A stretch of DNA of 48,523 bases from Capsulimonadales bacterium. GTDB taxonomy: Bacteria; Armatimonadota; Armatimonadia; Armatimonadales; Armatimonadaceae. The translations under genes and the position numbers were made by a program. The stretch covers positions 1 to 48,523 of the forward strand of contig JANRLW010000107.1 of NCBI GenBank assembly GCA_033762295.1. Direction: 5' to 3'. Position 1 is the first letter of the stretch. Every line of letters begins with the position of its first letter. The notes beneath the pieces are model-generated. The model worked only from the letters and a program-made list of their open reading frames with translations, searched no databases and was not told the origin of the DNA. This document shows positions 29,505-39,645 of the stretch, piece after piece.

Positions 29505-30596
29505 ATGAGTGACCTGCTTCGCACCTCGCTTTATACCGCGCACGCCGCCGCCCATGCCCGATTCGTACCGTTCGCCGGATGGGAGATGCCGGTCCAGTAT
29601 GCGGGCGTCCTGACGGAGGTCAAAGCCGTCCGTGAACGGGTCGGTCTGTTCGATGTCTCGCACATGGGGCGTGTCCGCGTCCGTGGCGGTGATGCCCCGG
29701 CTTTTCTCCAGCGGATGGTCGTCAGTGATATCGCCCGCCTGTCGGAAAGCGGCGGTGAGGCGCGCTACTCCCTGTTCTGTCTGGAAGCCGGCGGCGTTCT
29801 GGACGATATTATTGTCTACCGCTTCTCCGCCGGGGAGTTTATCGTGGTCGTGAACGCTTCCAATCGCGAGAAGGATCTCTCCTGGATGCGCCACCATGCC
29901 GGCGGTTTCAACGTTCGAATCGAGGATGAAACGACGGAAACCGCCCTGATCGCGGTGCAGGGACCGGAAGCGATGCCTCTGCTCGATTCCCTCGCCGACC
30001 GCACGCTTTCCCGAGTTCGCCGCTTCGGTTTCACGGATGCCACTGTGAGCGGTGTGCGAACGATGGCGGCCCGCACCGGCTACACCGGCGAGGACGGCAT
30101 GGAGCTTTTCTGTACGGCGGACGATGCCCCCCGGCTCTGGGAAGCGCTGACGGCTGCCGGAGCAACGCCGTGCGGACTCGGCGCGCGCGATACTCTCCGC
30201 ATCGAGGCCGCCCTGCCGCTCTACGGACACGAGATGGACGAACATACCTCCCCGTACGAGGCCCGGCTCGGCTGGACGGTGAAACTCGACAAACCGGCGG
30301 ACTTCCTCGGTCGGACCACTCTGGCCGCTTTGAAGGATTCGCCGCCCCGACGGATTCTCGCCGGAATCGAAATGGACGGGCGCGCGATTCCGCGCGAGGG
30401 TTATGTCGTCCGCACGGGCGACGAGGTGATCGGTCATGTCACCAGCGGAACCTTCTCCCCGACCCGCGGAAAAGGCATCGCCCTGGTCCGGATCGACGCC
30501 CGCCGGGCCGCGCCCGGCAACGCCGTCGACGTGATTATCCGCGATCAACCGCATGCCGCCCGGACGCTCGCCCTGCCGTTCTACAAGAATGTGTGA
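29505..30596 (+). CDS. gcvT: Glycine cleavage aminomethyltransferase T
   Basis: [38 protein letters not shown]. Confidence 0.97.
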   Translation: MSDLLRTSLYTAHAAAHARFVPFAGWEMPVQYAGVLTEVKAVRERVGLFDVSHMGRVRVRGGDAPAFLQRMVVSDIARLSESGGEARYSLFCLEAGGVLDDIIVYRFSAGEFIVVVNASNREKDLSWMRHHAGGFNVRIEDETTETALIAVQGPEAMPLLDSLADRTLSRVRRFGFTDATVSGVRTMAARTGYTGEDGMELFCTADDAPRLWEALTAAGATPCGLGARDTLRIEAALPLYGHEMDEHTSPYEARLGWTVKLDKPADFLGRTTLAALKDSPPRRILAGIEMDGRAIPREGYVVRTGDEVIGHVTSGTFSPTRGKGIALVRIDARRAAPGNAVDVIIRDQPHAARTLALPFYKNV

Positions 30597-30628
30597 TCGG
30601 TCTTCTATCTCCAACGGAAAGTAAAACC

Positions 30629-31012
30629 ATGTCCCAAACCCCTACCGAACTGAAGTATTCGAAGTCCCATGAGTGGGTCCGCCTGGAAGGCGACGTCGCT
30701 ATCATCGGCATCACCGACCATGCGCAGGAAGAACTCGGCGATGTCGTCTACGTCGAGCTTCCCGAAGTCGGCCGTGTGCTGGCCTATGACGATGTTTTCG
30801 GCACCGTCGAATCGGTCAAGGCCGTCTCCGAACTGTACTCCCCGGTGACCGGCGAGGTGATCGCCGTCAATGACACGTTGACCGGCAACGAGGCGACGAT
30901 CAACTCCAGCCCGTATCAGGACGGCTGGATGCTGAAGATCAAGCTGAAGGACCCCGCCGAGGTCGAGTCGCTGCTTACCGCCGACGGGTACAGGACGGAA
31001 ATCGGCGAGTAG
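30629..31012 (+). CDS. gcvH: Glycine cleavage H protein
   Basis: [24 protein letters not shown] (lipoyl-Lys). Confidence 0.97.
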   Translation: MSQTPTELKYSKSHEWVRLEGDVAIIGITDHAQEELGDVVYVELPEVGRVLAYDDVFGTVESVKAVSELYSPVTGEVIAVNDTLTGNEATINSSPYQDGWMLKIKLKDPAEVESLLTADGYRTEIGE

Positions 31013-31075
31013 CGTTTTGCCGGGGAAGCGGCGGCGACGGTCGACGCTTCCCCGCTGATCCGGAAAGGTTGAGTT

Positions 31076-32428
31076 TTGTCTTACATCCCGAATACCGACG
31101 GCGAACGCGCCCGTATGCTGGAGACGATCGGCGTCCGTGACATCGCCGATCTGTTCGCCCCGATCTCCGACGAAATCAAGTCGCGCGCCGACTTTGCCGG
31201 TGTCGATCCTCTGCTCGACGATATCGCCCTCAGGAAGCACCTGTCCGCACTCTCCGCAAAAAACGCGGATATGGATCGCTATCCCTGTTTCCTGGGCGCG
31301 GGCATCTACGACCACTACATTCCGCCGGTCGTCGGTCATATCTGCGGCCGCTCGGAGTTCTACACCGCCTACACTCCGTACCAGCCGGAAGTCTCGCAGG
31401 GCGTTTTGCAAAGCATCTATGAATTCCAGACGCTGGTCTGTCAGTTGACCGGCATGGATGTGGCGAACGCGTCGATGTATGACGGCGCGACCGCCCTTGC
31501 GGAAGCGGTCATCATGGCCTGCGACCTGACGAAACGTTCGCAGGCGCTCGTGCCGTCCACCGTTCATCCGGCGGCGCGGCGCGTCATCGATACCTACCTG
31601 AACGCCCTGCCGTTCCATGTCCTCCCCGTGGAACACGACCCGGCGACCGGACGGGTTCCGCCCGAGGCAATCGCGGACCGGATCACCGGGGAGACCGCGT
31701 GCCTGGTGGTGCAGCAGCCCAACTTCCTCGGCGCGATCGAGGATTTGAAACCGCTGGCCGATCTGGCCCATGCGAAGGGGGCGCTGCTGATCGTTTCGGT
31801 CGATCCGATCGCTCTGGGCCTCCTGGAGACGCCCGGCGCGTGCGGCGCGGATATCGTCGTCGCCGAAGCGCAGGGGTTGGGTTGCTACCCGGCGTTCGGC
31901 GGTCCTCTGCTCGGTCTGTTCGCCTGCCGGAAGGAGTTCCTCCGTCGCCTGCCGGGGCGTATCGTCGGCGGCACGACCGACCGCGAGGGGACACGGGCGT
32001 ACACGATGACCCTGCGTACCCGCGAACAGGATATCCGCCGCGATACGGCCACGTCCAACATCTGCACCAATCAGGCGTTGTTCGCCCTGGCGGCCACGGT
32101 CTATCTCTCCGCGCAGGGCAAAACAGGACTCCGACAGGTCGCGAATCTCTGTCTGCAGAAAGCCCACTACGCGCAGAAGGCGATCACCGCTCTGCCGGGG
32201 TTCGAGGCGGCGTTCTCCGCTCCCTTCTTCAAGGAGTTTGCGGTTCGCTGCCCGGAAGACCCGAAGACGATCAATCGTCGTCTGCTGGCGCAAGGGCTGA
32301 TCGGCGGCCTGCCCCTCGGCGATGTCTATCCGGGGATGGAAAACGCCCTGCTGCTCTGTGTGACGGAGCAACGCTCCCGTGAGGAGATCGACCGTCTGGT
32401 CGCCGTGCTGGCCGAAACCGGCGACTGA
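31076..32428 (+). CDS. gcvPA: Glycine dehydrogenase subunit 1
   Basis: FLGAGIY, EFYTAYTPYQPEVSQG, NASMYDGA, TREQDIRR..ATSNICTNQ. Confidence 0.96.
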   Translation: MSYIPNTDGERARMLETIGVRDIADLFAPISDEIKSRADFAGVDPLLDDIALRKHLSALSAKNADMDRYPCFLGAGIYDHYIPPVVGHICGRSEFYTAYTPYQPEVSQGVLQSIYEFQTLVCQLTGMDVANASMYDGATALAEAVIMACDLTKRSQALVPSTVHPAARRVIDTYLNALPFHVLPVEHDPATGRVPPEAIADRITGETACLVVQQPNFLGAIEDLKPLADLAHAKGALLIVSVDPIALGLLETPGACGADIVVAEAQGLGCYPAFGGPLLGLFACRKEFLRRLPGRIVGGTTDREGTRAYTMTLRTREQDIRRDTATSNICTNQALFALAATVYLSAQGKTGLRQVANLCLQKAHYAQKAITALPGFEAAFSAPFFKEFAVRCPEDPKTINRRLLAQGLIGGLPLGDVYPGMENALLLCVTEQRSREEIDRLVAVLAETGD

Positions 32429-32455
32429 CCTCTTCCGTCCGCCCGATCGATCCCG

Positions 32456-32496
32456 CCCCTTCCCGTACGAGAACCGCACGGGAAGGGGTTTTGTTT
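32456..32496 (+). terminator. Rho-independent terminator after gcvPA
   Basis: CCCCTTCCCGT-n11-ACGGGAAGGGG-TTTTGTTT. Confidence 0.8.
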
Positions 32497-32608
32497 AGAA
32501 CCTGCTAATTTTGCTTGCCTAATCGCCGATTTCCGTATATTCTTCAGTCAGGGGAAACCGGGGGGACGGGGATCGTTCCGGTTCCGTCCGGAAACGGTAT
32601 TACGGGTT

Positions 32609-33403
32609 ATGCAGTCGTTTCGCACGGAAGACCATGTTCTGCGCCTGATGGAAAACCAGTGTCGGCTGGAGCGGCATCTTGGCCGTTCCGGGCGTCCCTG
32701 GGAGATGTGCGTCGATCCGAGCCGGGGGATGGCGCTGTTCGAGGATCGGGAGACCGGGCGTCCGCTGTTGCATGCGGAGGTTTTCCTGCTGGGCTCTTAC
32801 GACGAGACGGACGGTACGTTCCTCTGGGGTTGGGCCGACCCGGCGCGCGTCGATTCGACCACCCGTTTCGGTTATCTTCGCAAGGATGCCGAGGCTTTGG
32901 GCCTTCTGCGGTTCCACTACTCGTTTCCGTTCCGGGTCAGTGATGACGTCGAGGCGGAGGAGTTGATCCTGATCGCCGCCGGGTATCTGGGCTGTTTCAC
33001 CTACTGGCGGCAACCGGGCCGCAACGGGTGCCGTTTTCTGGCGATCGCCCGCTGTGCCGCCGCCGAAGCGTTTCCGTCCGATTCCGCTCTTCGGTATGCG
33101 GCGATCGATCGGGCGATCCACCGCTTTCGCTTTGACCACGCCGCCGGGGCGGCGGCCTGTTTCGGCGCGCCGCTGCGCGTCATGGAGAACACCCGTCTGT
33201 ATGTGGTCAACGACGAGCCTCTCACCCTGATGTTCGATCGGTTCGGACGCATTATTCATCTTCCGCGACCGGCGCCCGTTCCCGCCGCGCCGACGGGGAA
33301 CGGGCGAGCCTCCGAGGATTCTTCCGGTTCGTTCTCCGCTTCGGCCTCGCCCGTTCCCGCGCGTCCGTTCCCTTTCCGCTTCCGGTGGCCCGGGAATCGC
33401 TGA
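32609..33403 (+). CDS. Hypothetical protein, DUF6882-like
   Basis: W.VD..RG..F, LGSYDETDGTFLWGWA. Confidence 0.6.
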   Translation: MQSFRTEDHVLRLMENQCRLERHLGRSGRPWEMCVDPSRGMALFEDRETGRPLLHAEVFLLGSYDETDGTFLWGWADPARVDSTTRFGYLRKDAEALGLLRFHYSFPFRVSDDVEAEELILIAAGYLGCFTYWRQPGRNGCRFLAIARCAAAEAFPSDSALRYAAIDRAIHRFRFDHAAGAAACFGAPLRVMENTRLYVVNDEPLTLMFDRFGRIIHLPRPAPVPAAPTGNGRASEDSSGSFSASASPVPARPFPFRFRWPGNR

Positions 33404-33426
33404 TTCCGTGACCGACCGGGTCCGCG

Positions 33427-34056
33427 TTACCCGGTGGCGGTTTCTCCGGCGGTTTTCAGCGCGCGGGCGACCTGTGCGACACGTTTCCCCTGGAAGCGCG
33501 CGACTTCAAGGTCATCCTCGGTCGGCGGAGCGTTCTCCTGGCCGGAGACCGTCGACGCTCCGTAGGGCGTTCCCGCGACAAACACCTTCGGATCGGCATA
33601 TCCGATCGGCACGATGATCAATCCGAGGTGAGCCATGAAGTTATAGGCGGTCAGGAGAGTGCTTTCGTTGCCCCCATGCGGGGTGGACGTCGAGGTAAAG
33701 ACCGCCCCTGCCTTTCCGACGAGTTTCCCCTGAAACCAGAGGCCGCCGAGGGAATCGATCCAGGCTTTGAGTTCGGAGGAGACGTTCCCGAAGCGGGTCG
33801 GCGTTCCGAAAACGAGGGCGTCGGCCCATTCGGCGTCGGCCTCGGTCGGCGCCTCGTAGGCGGCGTTCATGCGGTCGGCGTTCTCGATCCAGCCCTCGGC
33901 CCGGGCCATGATCTCCCGGGAAACCACTTCCCGAACCCGGCGCAGGCGAACCTCCGCGCCTTCGTTTCGCGCGCCCTCGGCGACGGCTTGCGCCAGGGCT
34001 TCGGTCGACCCGTTCCGGGAATAAAAGGCAATCAACACGTTGACACTTCCGGCCAT
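33427..34056 (-). CDS. wrbA: NAD(P)H:quinone oxidoreductase WrbA
   Basis: FYSRNGST, GTPTRFGN, HGGNESTL, GTPYGAS, ARFQGKRVA. Confidence 0.93.
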   Translation of the reverse strand: MAGSVNVLIAFYSRNGSTEALAQAVAEGARNEGAEVRLRRVREVVSREIMARAEGWIENADRMNAAYEAPTEADAEWADALVFGTPTRFGNVSSELKAWIDSLGGLWFQGKLVGKAGAVFTSTSTPHGGNESTLLTAYNFMAHLGLIIVPIGYADPKVFVAGTPYGASTVSGQENAPPTEDDLEVARFQGKRVAQVARALKTAGETATG

Positions 34057-34134
34057 AGTTCACTCCTATCGGAAACCGGCTGGGAAATCCGGTTTTCGTC
34101 CGGTGTTTTATACCTTTGAGGTCACGGTTTTCGG

Positions 34135-35175
34135 TCAATCGTTACCGATCTGACGGCGCAGAAGGACGAGAAAGGCGGGCGCGCCGAGGAGGGCGGTAAT
34201 CACGCCGACCGGCAGTTCCTCCCCCGGACGGATCGTTCGCGCCAGAAGATCCGCCAGGATCAGCAGCGACCCGCCCAGCAGAGCGGACAGAGGCAGAACC
34301 CCCCGGTGCGGCGGTCCGACCAGAAAGCGGGCCAGGTGCGGCACGATCAGGCCGACGAATCCGATGATCCCCGAGACCGATACGGTCACGGCGGTGAGCA
34401 GTGCGGAAACCCCCAGAACGTACCCTTTGAACCGTTCGGTCTCCACCCCCACCGAGAGAGCGATCTCCTCACCGAAGGCGAACGCATCCAGGCCGCGCGC
34501 GCCGCGCAGAAACGCGATCGTCGCAACGCCGGTGACCGGAGCCATCGCCGCGACCTGGGGCCATCCGCCTTCGGAAAGACGTCCCATCAGGAAAAGCAGG
34601 ATCGTCCGCTGGTCCTCACGGGCCAGCGCCAGCAGCAGGGTGACAATCGCCCAGAGAAATGACCCGCAGACGATGCCCGCCAGCAGAAACCCGGCGGTAT
34701 GCACCCGCCCGCCGACCCGCGCCAGGGCGAAGACGAGGAGCATCGCCAGAACCGCCCCGGCGAAGGCGAGCGCGGACTGTCCGACACCGCCCCACAGTCC
34801 GGTCAAACCGAGCAGGGTTGCCACCCCCGCGCCGACCGCCGCCCCCGAGGAGACGCCGATCGTATAGGGGTCCGCCAGCGGATTGCCGAGAAGCCCCTGG
34901 AGGGCGGTTCCGGCGACCGAGAGGGCCGCGCCGACCAGTGCGGCCAGCAGGACGCGCGGCAGACGCAACTCGACAATCGCGGCCACCGTCTCCTCCACCG
35001 GAGGTACGAGCCGATCGATCGCCGGAACCGACCGCAAAATCGAATGCAGGATCGCCCGCGCGACGGCGTCCGGGGGAAGCGGTTCCTCGCCCACCAGAGT
35101 TCCCAGCAGCAGGCAGCCAAGCAGTAACAGAACGGTGGCGACCAGAACGGGCGCGAACGGAAGGCGGCGTGTCAC
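34135..35175 (-). CDS. FecCD/BtuC-family ABC transporter permease
   Basis: LRLPRV, NPLADPYTIGVSSGA, IGFVGLIVPH, PVGVITALLGAP; GTG start overlapping the tmk stop. Confidence 0.92.
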   Translation of the reverse strand: MTRRLPFAPVLVATVLLLLGCLLLGTLVGEEPLPPDAVARAILHSILRSVPAIDRLVPPVEETVAAIVELRLPRVLLAALVGAALSVAGTALQGLLGNPLADPYTIGVSSGAAVGAGVATLLGLTGLWGGVGQSALAFAGAVLAMLLVFALARVGGRVHTAGFLLAGIVCGSFLWAIVTLLLALAREDQRTILLFLMGRLSEGGWPQVAAMAPVTGVATIAFLRGARGLDAFAFGEEIALSVGVETERFKGYVLGVSALLTAVTVSVSGIIGFVGLIVPHLARFLVGPPHRGVLPLSALLGGSLLILADLLARTIRPGEELPVGVITALLGAPAFLVLLRRQIGND

Positions 35176-35819
35176 GGGGTCTCCGACCGCTTGCGGCTCT
35201 CGACCAGCCGGAGGACGTCCTGCCGCAGGAGGCGAGCTACCTCCGTGACGGTTCCCTCGGCCGGGATCACGGTGATCCGGGCGGGGGTAGCGACGGCGCA
35301 CTTCAGGAACCCCTCGCGTACCCGCTCATGGAAGTCGAGGGTTTCCCGGTCGAGTCGGTTGGTCTCCTCCGCGCCGCGCCGGGCGAGACCGAGACCGGCT
35401 TCGAGATCGAAGAGGTAGGTCCGATCGGGCACCAGTCCTCCGGTGGCGAAATGGTTGACCCGGTAGATGAGGTCGAGCGAAAGCCCGCGTCCGTACCCCT
35501 GGTAGGCGACGGTGGAATCGGTAAATCGATCGCAGAGCACGATCTTTCCCTCCGCCAGCGCGGGACGGATCACCTCCCGGACGTTCTGAGCGCGTGCGGC
35601 CGCGAACAGCAGCAGTTCCGCTTCGGGGCACGGCTGACCGTGGAGCAGCAGTTCGCGCACACGTTCGCCGATCCCGTCGCCGCCCGGTTCGCGGGTTCGC
35701 GCCACCGGGTAGCCGGCCTCGGTCAACACTTCGGCCAGAAGACCGATCTGTGTCGTTTTTCCCGCCCCATCCGGGCCTTCGAAAGTCAGAAAAAGTCCCT
35801 GGAGTCCCTGCCCGCTCAT
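35172..35819 (-). CDS. tmk: Thymidylate kinase
   Basis: FEGPDGAGKTTQ, TREPGG, CDRFTDSTVAYQG. Confidence 0.96.
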   Translation of the reverse strand: MSGQGLQGLFLTFEGPDGAGKTTQIGLLAEVLTEAGYPVARTREPGGDGIGERVRELLLHGQPCPEAELLLFAAARAQNVREVIRPALAEGKIVLCDRFTDSTVAYQGYGRGLSLDLIYRVNHFATGGLVPDRTYLFDLEAGLGLARRGAEETNRLDRETLDFHERVREGFLKCAVATPARITVIPAEGTVTEVARLLRQDVLRLVESRKRSETP

Positions 35820-35849
35820 CTCACCGCATCCTCCGTGTTACGTCCCGCA

Positions 35850-35878
35850 ATTGTATGGTCAGTCCGGGAAGGCGTCAA
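35850..35878 (-). promoter_or_regulatory. sigma70 promoter for tmk
   Basis: TTGACG-n17-TACAAT on the minus strand. Confidence 0.65.
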
Positions 35879-36084
35879 GCCGGAGGGGTGGAACGGGCGG
35901 GAGCGGAAATTTTCGCGGAGGGGCGGACGCTAAGAGGAAAAGCGGAGAAGGAGGAAGAATCAGCAAAAAGAAAGACGGCTGCCGACAAATCGGCGAACGG
36001 CGGCCCATTCGGATCTTCATACGGAAACGGGGCTGGCCGACAGCCGGGGAACGCGGCAACCACGGGGTCGTCTCGTAGCGATGC

Positions 36085-36114
36085 TTGACAGTCTCTCTAC
36101 GGGATTCCTATAAT
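36085..36114 (+). promoter_or_regulatory. Consensus sigma70 promoter
   Basis: TTGACA-n18-TATAAT. Confidence 0.8.
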
Positions 36115-36160
36115 GGGGCGTAACTCAGGCTTTGGCGGCGACAGTATCAGGAGGCATAAG

Positions 36161-36787
36161 TTGGCAACAAAACTTCGCGGCACCGCTTCGGTCGCAGTTC
36201 GGTCTATGCGCCGAGCGACGAACCGGGCAATGCTGACGGCGCATGTATCGGGGAAATGGGCGGCGATGACCACCCTTTGCGGTTTTGCCCTTATCGCGGC
36301 GGGCGGCACGGCGCACGCCCAGGCCGTGGATGAATCGGCACGGAAATCGTTCGCCGTTCGTATCGGCAGCTATATTCCGACCGAGCAGGATGCGCGTCGC
36401 GCGGGCGGTACGCATAACTTTTCGGTGGAAGCGGACTGGACCCTTCAGCGGCTGCCCGAGCGAAGCAGCGTCGGCGTCATCTCCCTGGGATTCATCGAGC
36501 GGGAAAAACTGCGTATCATTCCCTTCACCCTGACGCAGGTCTTCCGCGATCCGGGTTCGAACTTCTTCGGAAAGCCCTACTACTACGGTCTGGGAATCGG
36601 CCTCTACACGGTGCGCATGCAGTTCCCCGGCACCGATGACCGGATCAAGCATCTCTTCGGCGGTCTGGTTACCGTTGGCGTCGATCTGACCCCGACGATC
36701 TTCATCGACGCGAAGTACCACTACATCAGCAAGTACGATAACAAGTTCGTCGGAGGCACTCTGCTCTCCGTCGGCACCCGCTTCTGA
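36161..36787 (+). CDS. Small outer-membrane beta-barrel-like protein
   Basis: TTG start after AGGAGG; signal ending AHA; alternating beta-strand pattern (PYYYGLGIGLY); C-terminal Phe (GTRF). Confidence 0.75.
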   Translation: MATKLRGTASVAVRSMRRATNRAMLTAHVSGKWAAMTTLCGFALIAAGGTAHAQAVDESARKSFAVRIGSYIPTEQDARRAGGTHNFSVEADWTLQRLPERSSVGVISLGFIEREKLRIIPFTLTQVFRDPGSNFFGKPYYYGLGIGLYTVRMQFPGTDDRIKHLFGGLVTVGVDLTPTIFIDAKYHYISKYDNKFVGGTLLSVGTRF

Positions 36788-36849
36788 TCGGTCACCGAAC
36801 GGAGCCGTCCACCCGCTCCGTTCGGTTCCTCGCCGCCTCGTAATCTCGC

Positions 36850-37491
36850 TTACTTTCGCCGCTGAAACAGCAGATAGGCGACTATCGCCGGATCGGCGCT
36901 CGCCAGAGTCGCCACCCGTTCGATCACCCGGGACAGTCCCCGCTCGGCGGTCTCCTCCGGTCGCCCCTCCTGCGGATACAGTTTCTCCATCGCTTTCAGA
37001 ACCAGTTCGAGCGCGCTGTCGAGATAGCGTCCCCGGGCCGTCATCAGCGAGCGGTTTTCCTGTTGGGCCCAGAGTCGGCTCACCTGCTCGTAGAGTTCGT
37101 CCCAGGTGCCGAAAGCCGCGGCGTCGATCACCTGCCGCTGGATCGTCTGCTGTATCCGGTTCACCGCCGCCGCGTCACGCCGCCGGGTATGTTCCCAATC
37201 ATCGTAGGTATTGCCGTCGATCACGCGCAAACGCAGTTCATCGTCCCCCGAAACCCGGCGCAGGCTCCGTTCGATCTGCAGTTGATACTGGGACGTCTTC
37301 AGAACGCTCCCGATCTGCGCGTCCGTCCCGCCAAACCCGACCACAAACTGTCCGTCCTCATGGGTGATGACAATGGTCTGCTCCAGAGCACGGAACAGCG
37401 CCGGTTGGGTCGCTTCCCGCTTGACTTCCGCGACGGTCCGCGTCCAGAGTTCCTGCATCGCCTTTACTGCCGCGCCGGTGGGTGCTGCCAT
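36850..37491 (-). CDS. Conserved-looking hypothetical protein, N-terminus resembling DnaA domain I/DciA
   Basis: GAGG RBS; host-like codon usage; fold resemblance by eye only. Confidence 0.7.
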   Translation of the reverse strand: MAAPTGAAVKAMQELWTRTVAEVKREATQPALFRALEQTIVITHEDGQFVVGFGGTDAQIGSVLKTSQYQLQIERSLRRVSGDDELRLRVIDGNTYDDWEHTRRRDAAAVNRIQQTIQRQVIDAAAFGTWDELYEQVSRLWAQQENRSLMTARGRYLDSALELVLKAMEKLYPQEGRPEETAERGLSRVIERVATLASADPAIVAYLLFQRRK

Positions 37492-37596
37492 GGTTGCCTC
37501 GCTCGTGCCGTATTTCCGATCGATTCGGTACGGGTTATTCTCGGTTTAGTGTGCGTTGCGTCCTTACCTCTGTCAAGCCTCCCGAGGCAATTTACT

Positions 37597-38259
37597 TCAC
37601 GGGGTACGACCGGAACGGTAGACAGGACGCCGGGGCGGCGACATATACAGCAACGTCAGGCCGACATTGAGCGCCAGGCTGGCGATCGCACTGTGGAACG
37701 CCGCCAGATAGGCGGCAAGATAGAAAATGTTGGAAAAAATATACTGCATCGTCAACGCATGAACGAACCCCTCGTCCAGGTCCTCATCGATCAGACGGTA
37801 CCCCCGTTTCGCATACAGCCAGCAGAGCATCCAGCAGAACGCCGGCAAAAGCATCCCCAGCGCATAGAACTGCACGGCAGTCGGTCGCTGCAGGTCGTTC
37901 AGCAGATACTTGCCGAGTATCGAGGTTGGCAGCGGCATAAAGGAGATACACATCAGGAACAGCACATTGAGGAGATTGAAGTAGTGGTCGGTTCGCTTGT
38001 AGAGTTTGAAGATGTAGTGATGGTTGGCCCAGTAGATGCCGATCATCAGAAAGCTCATCAGATAGGCGAAATAGGACGGCCAGACGGCGAGCAAGGCTGA
38101 CTGAAGGCTTTTTCCGGGTCCGACCTCCGGAATCCGGATTTCGAGAATGAGCAGGGTGATGGCGATGGCGAAGACGCCGTCGCTGAACGCCTCGATCCGA
38201 TCGGTCGTCAGGCCGTCGTCACTCAGCTCTTCCTTTCGGGGGAACCGGAAAAATGTCAC
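37597..38259 (-). CDS. TMEM175-family (DUF1211) potassium channel
   Basis: RIEAFSDGVFAIAITLLILEI, SFLMIGIYWANHH, FMPLPT; start uncertain (GTG 38259 or CTG 38226). Confidence 0.9.
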   Translation of the reverse strand: MTFFRFPRKEELSDDGLTTDRIEAFSDGVFAIAITLLILEIRIPEVGPGKSLQSALLAVWPSYFAYLMSFLMIGIYWANHHYIFKLYKRTDHYFNLLNVLFLMCISFMPLPTSILGKYLLNDLQRPTAVQFYALGMLLPAFCWMLCWLYAKRGYRLIDEDLDEGFVHALTMQYIFSNIFYLAAYLAAFHSAIASLALNVGLTLLYMSPPRRPVYRSGRTP

Positions 38260-38385
38260 GATGGAGATTGTAGCATACGAGGATTTCCGATTCAATCCGC
38301 CATCCGGGCAGGGGCGGCGCAACTCCTCCGGAGGACGGTCGTCTAACCAGTGAACGGAACAACCCGTTCGGAAGGAAACCAAAGA

Positions 38386-39516
38386 ATGAATCAACGACGA
38401 TGGCTGATGGCGCTCGCTCTGATGACGATTCCGGGAACCGCCGCGTTCGCGCAGGACGCCGCCCCGCTCGAGACTTCGAAACCGGTCCTGCAAACGCCCT
38501 TCACCAATCAGGATCTCAACGGCTGGAAGGCGATGGGGGGGAATGCCAGGGTCAGTGTCACCACGGACGAAACTCGTCCGGGCGGTGACAAAAACGTCCT
38601 GCAAATGGACTACTCGGTCGTCAAAGGGGAGATGAATTTTCTCTATCTGACCGTCAACGATAACGAGATCACCCAGGCGAAATCCTTCCGGTTTGCCGTA
38701 AAGGCGGATTACGCCACCACCCTCGCGATGACCCTGCAGGAAAAAGATGGCGGACGCTACTCCGCCGCTTTCCATGTCCCGCCCGGCAAATGGCAGACGG
38801 TCGTTCTGTCCCCGTCGGATTTCTCCCTCGCCCGTGAAAACGACGCTCCGGTCGATACCAATGGCAAACTGGACCTGGATCAGGTGAACTTTGTCGGTCT
38901 TGCGGATGCCGGGCAGTACTTCGCCCAGGCCGGCGATCCGACGCTGTCCCAGTTGTTCGGCATCAAGCCCGGTTCGCACTCGCTCAAGGTTGCCGATTTC
39001 ACCATCAGCCGTCAGCCGGTGGCGGGCGGACTGACCCCGAGCGACGCCCGGATCGATTCCTTTGCCGGTCCCCAGGTGAACTGGCTGGCGACCGGCGGCG
39101 TCGAGTTGGCGGCGACCGGTGGCAAGCCGCTGAACGGTCGCGGCTTCTCCGCCTCCTATCGACAGTCGCAGGACCGCTTCTCCGGCTTCATGCGGGATGT
39201 CGGTCAGGGAAAGTGCCTCGGAAAAACCGCTCTGAAGATGACGCTGGCCTCCGAAAAAGCGGCGAAAGTCATCGTTCAGCTGGAGGAGAAGGGCGGCGGC
39301 AAGTATAACGCGATCGTTACCGTGCCGGAGGGGAACGTCGCCACCCCGTTCGTCGTCCGGTTCGCCGACCTGAAACCGGCGGACGATTCGAAGGACGATA
39401 ACTCAACATTCGATCAGGGAAACATTCATCGGATCGTCCTGATCGACGTTTCGGGCTTCCTCGATAAAACCGATACGCAGAACACGCTGCATATCGGCGA
39501 CCTGCGCTTCGAGTAG
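38386..39516 (+). CDS. Secreted protein with two CBM11/CIA30-like galactose-binding-fold domains
   Basis: Signal peptide ending AFA; internal repeat LQEKDGGRY / LEEKGGGKY and DTNGKLDLDQV / DDNSTFDQGNI. Confidence 0.7.
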   Translation: MNQRRWLMALALMTIPGTAAFAQDAAPLETSKPVLQTPFTNQDLNGWKAMGGNARVSVTTDETRPGGDKNVLQMDYSVVKGEMNFLYLTVNDNEITQAKSFRFAVKADYATTLAMTLQEKDGGRYSAAFHVPPGKWQTVVLSPSDFSLARENDAPVDTNGKLDLDQVNFVGLADAGQYFAQAGDPTLSQLFGIKPGSHSLKVADFTISRQPVAGGLTPSDARIDSFAGPQVNWLATGGVELAATGGKPLNGRGFSASYRQSQDRFSGFMRDVGQGKCLGKTALKMTLASEKAAKVIVQLEEKGGGKYNAIVTVPEGNVATPFVVRFADLKPADDSKDDNSTFDQGNIHRIVLIDVSGFLDKTDTQNTLHIGDLRFE

Positions 39517-39645
39517 CGGCGAATCCGCTCCGACGCCCGGGAATACCGTGGGATTCCCGTGGAAAACGTCCGTGCCGCCTGCGGCAAAACGGCGCACTCC
39601 CGTTATAATGCACTGTCATGCAATGGGAGCGAGGTTATCGGAACG

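Noticed and set aside
35880..36084. Cobalamin riboswitch for the FecCD/BtuC permease
   Set aside because: No B12-box or GCCACTG motif was seen, and the tmk promoter lies downstream of this stretch.
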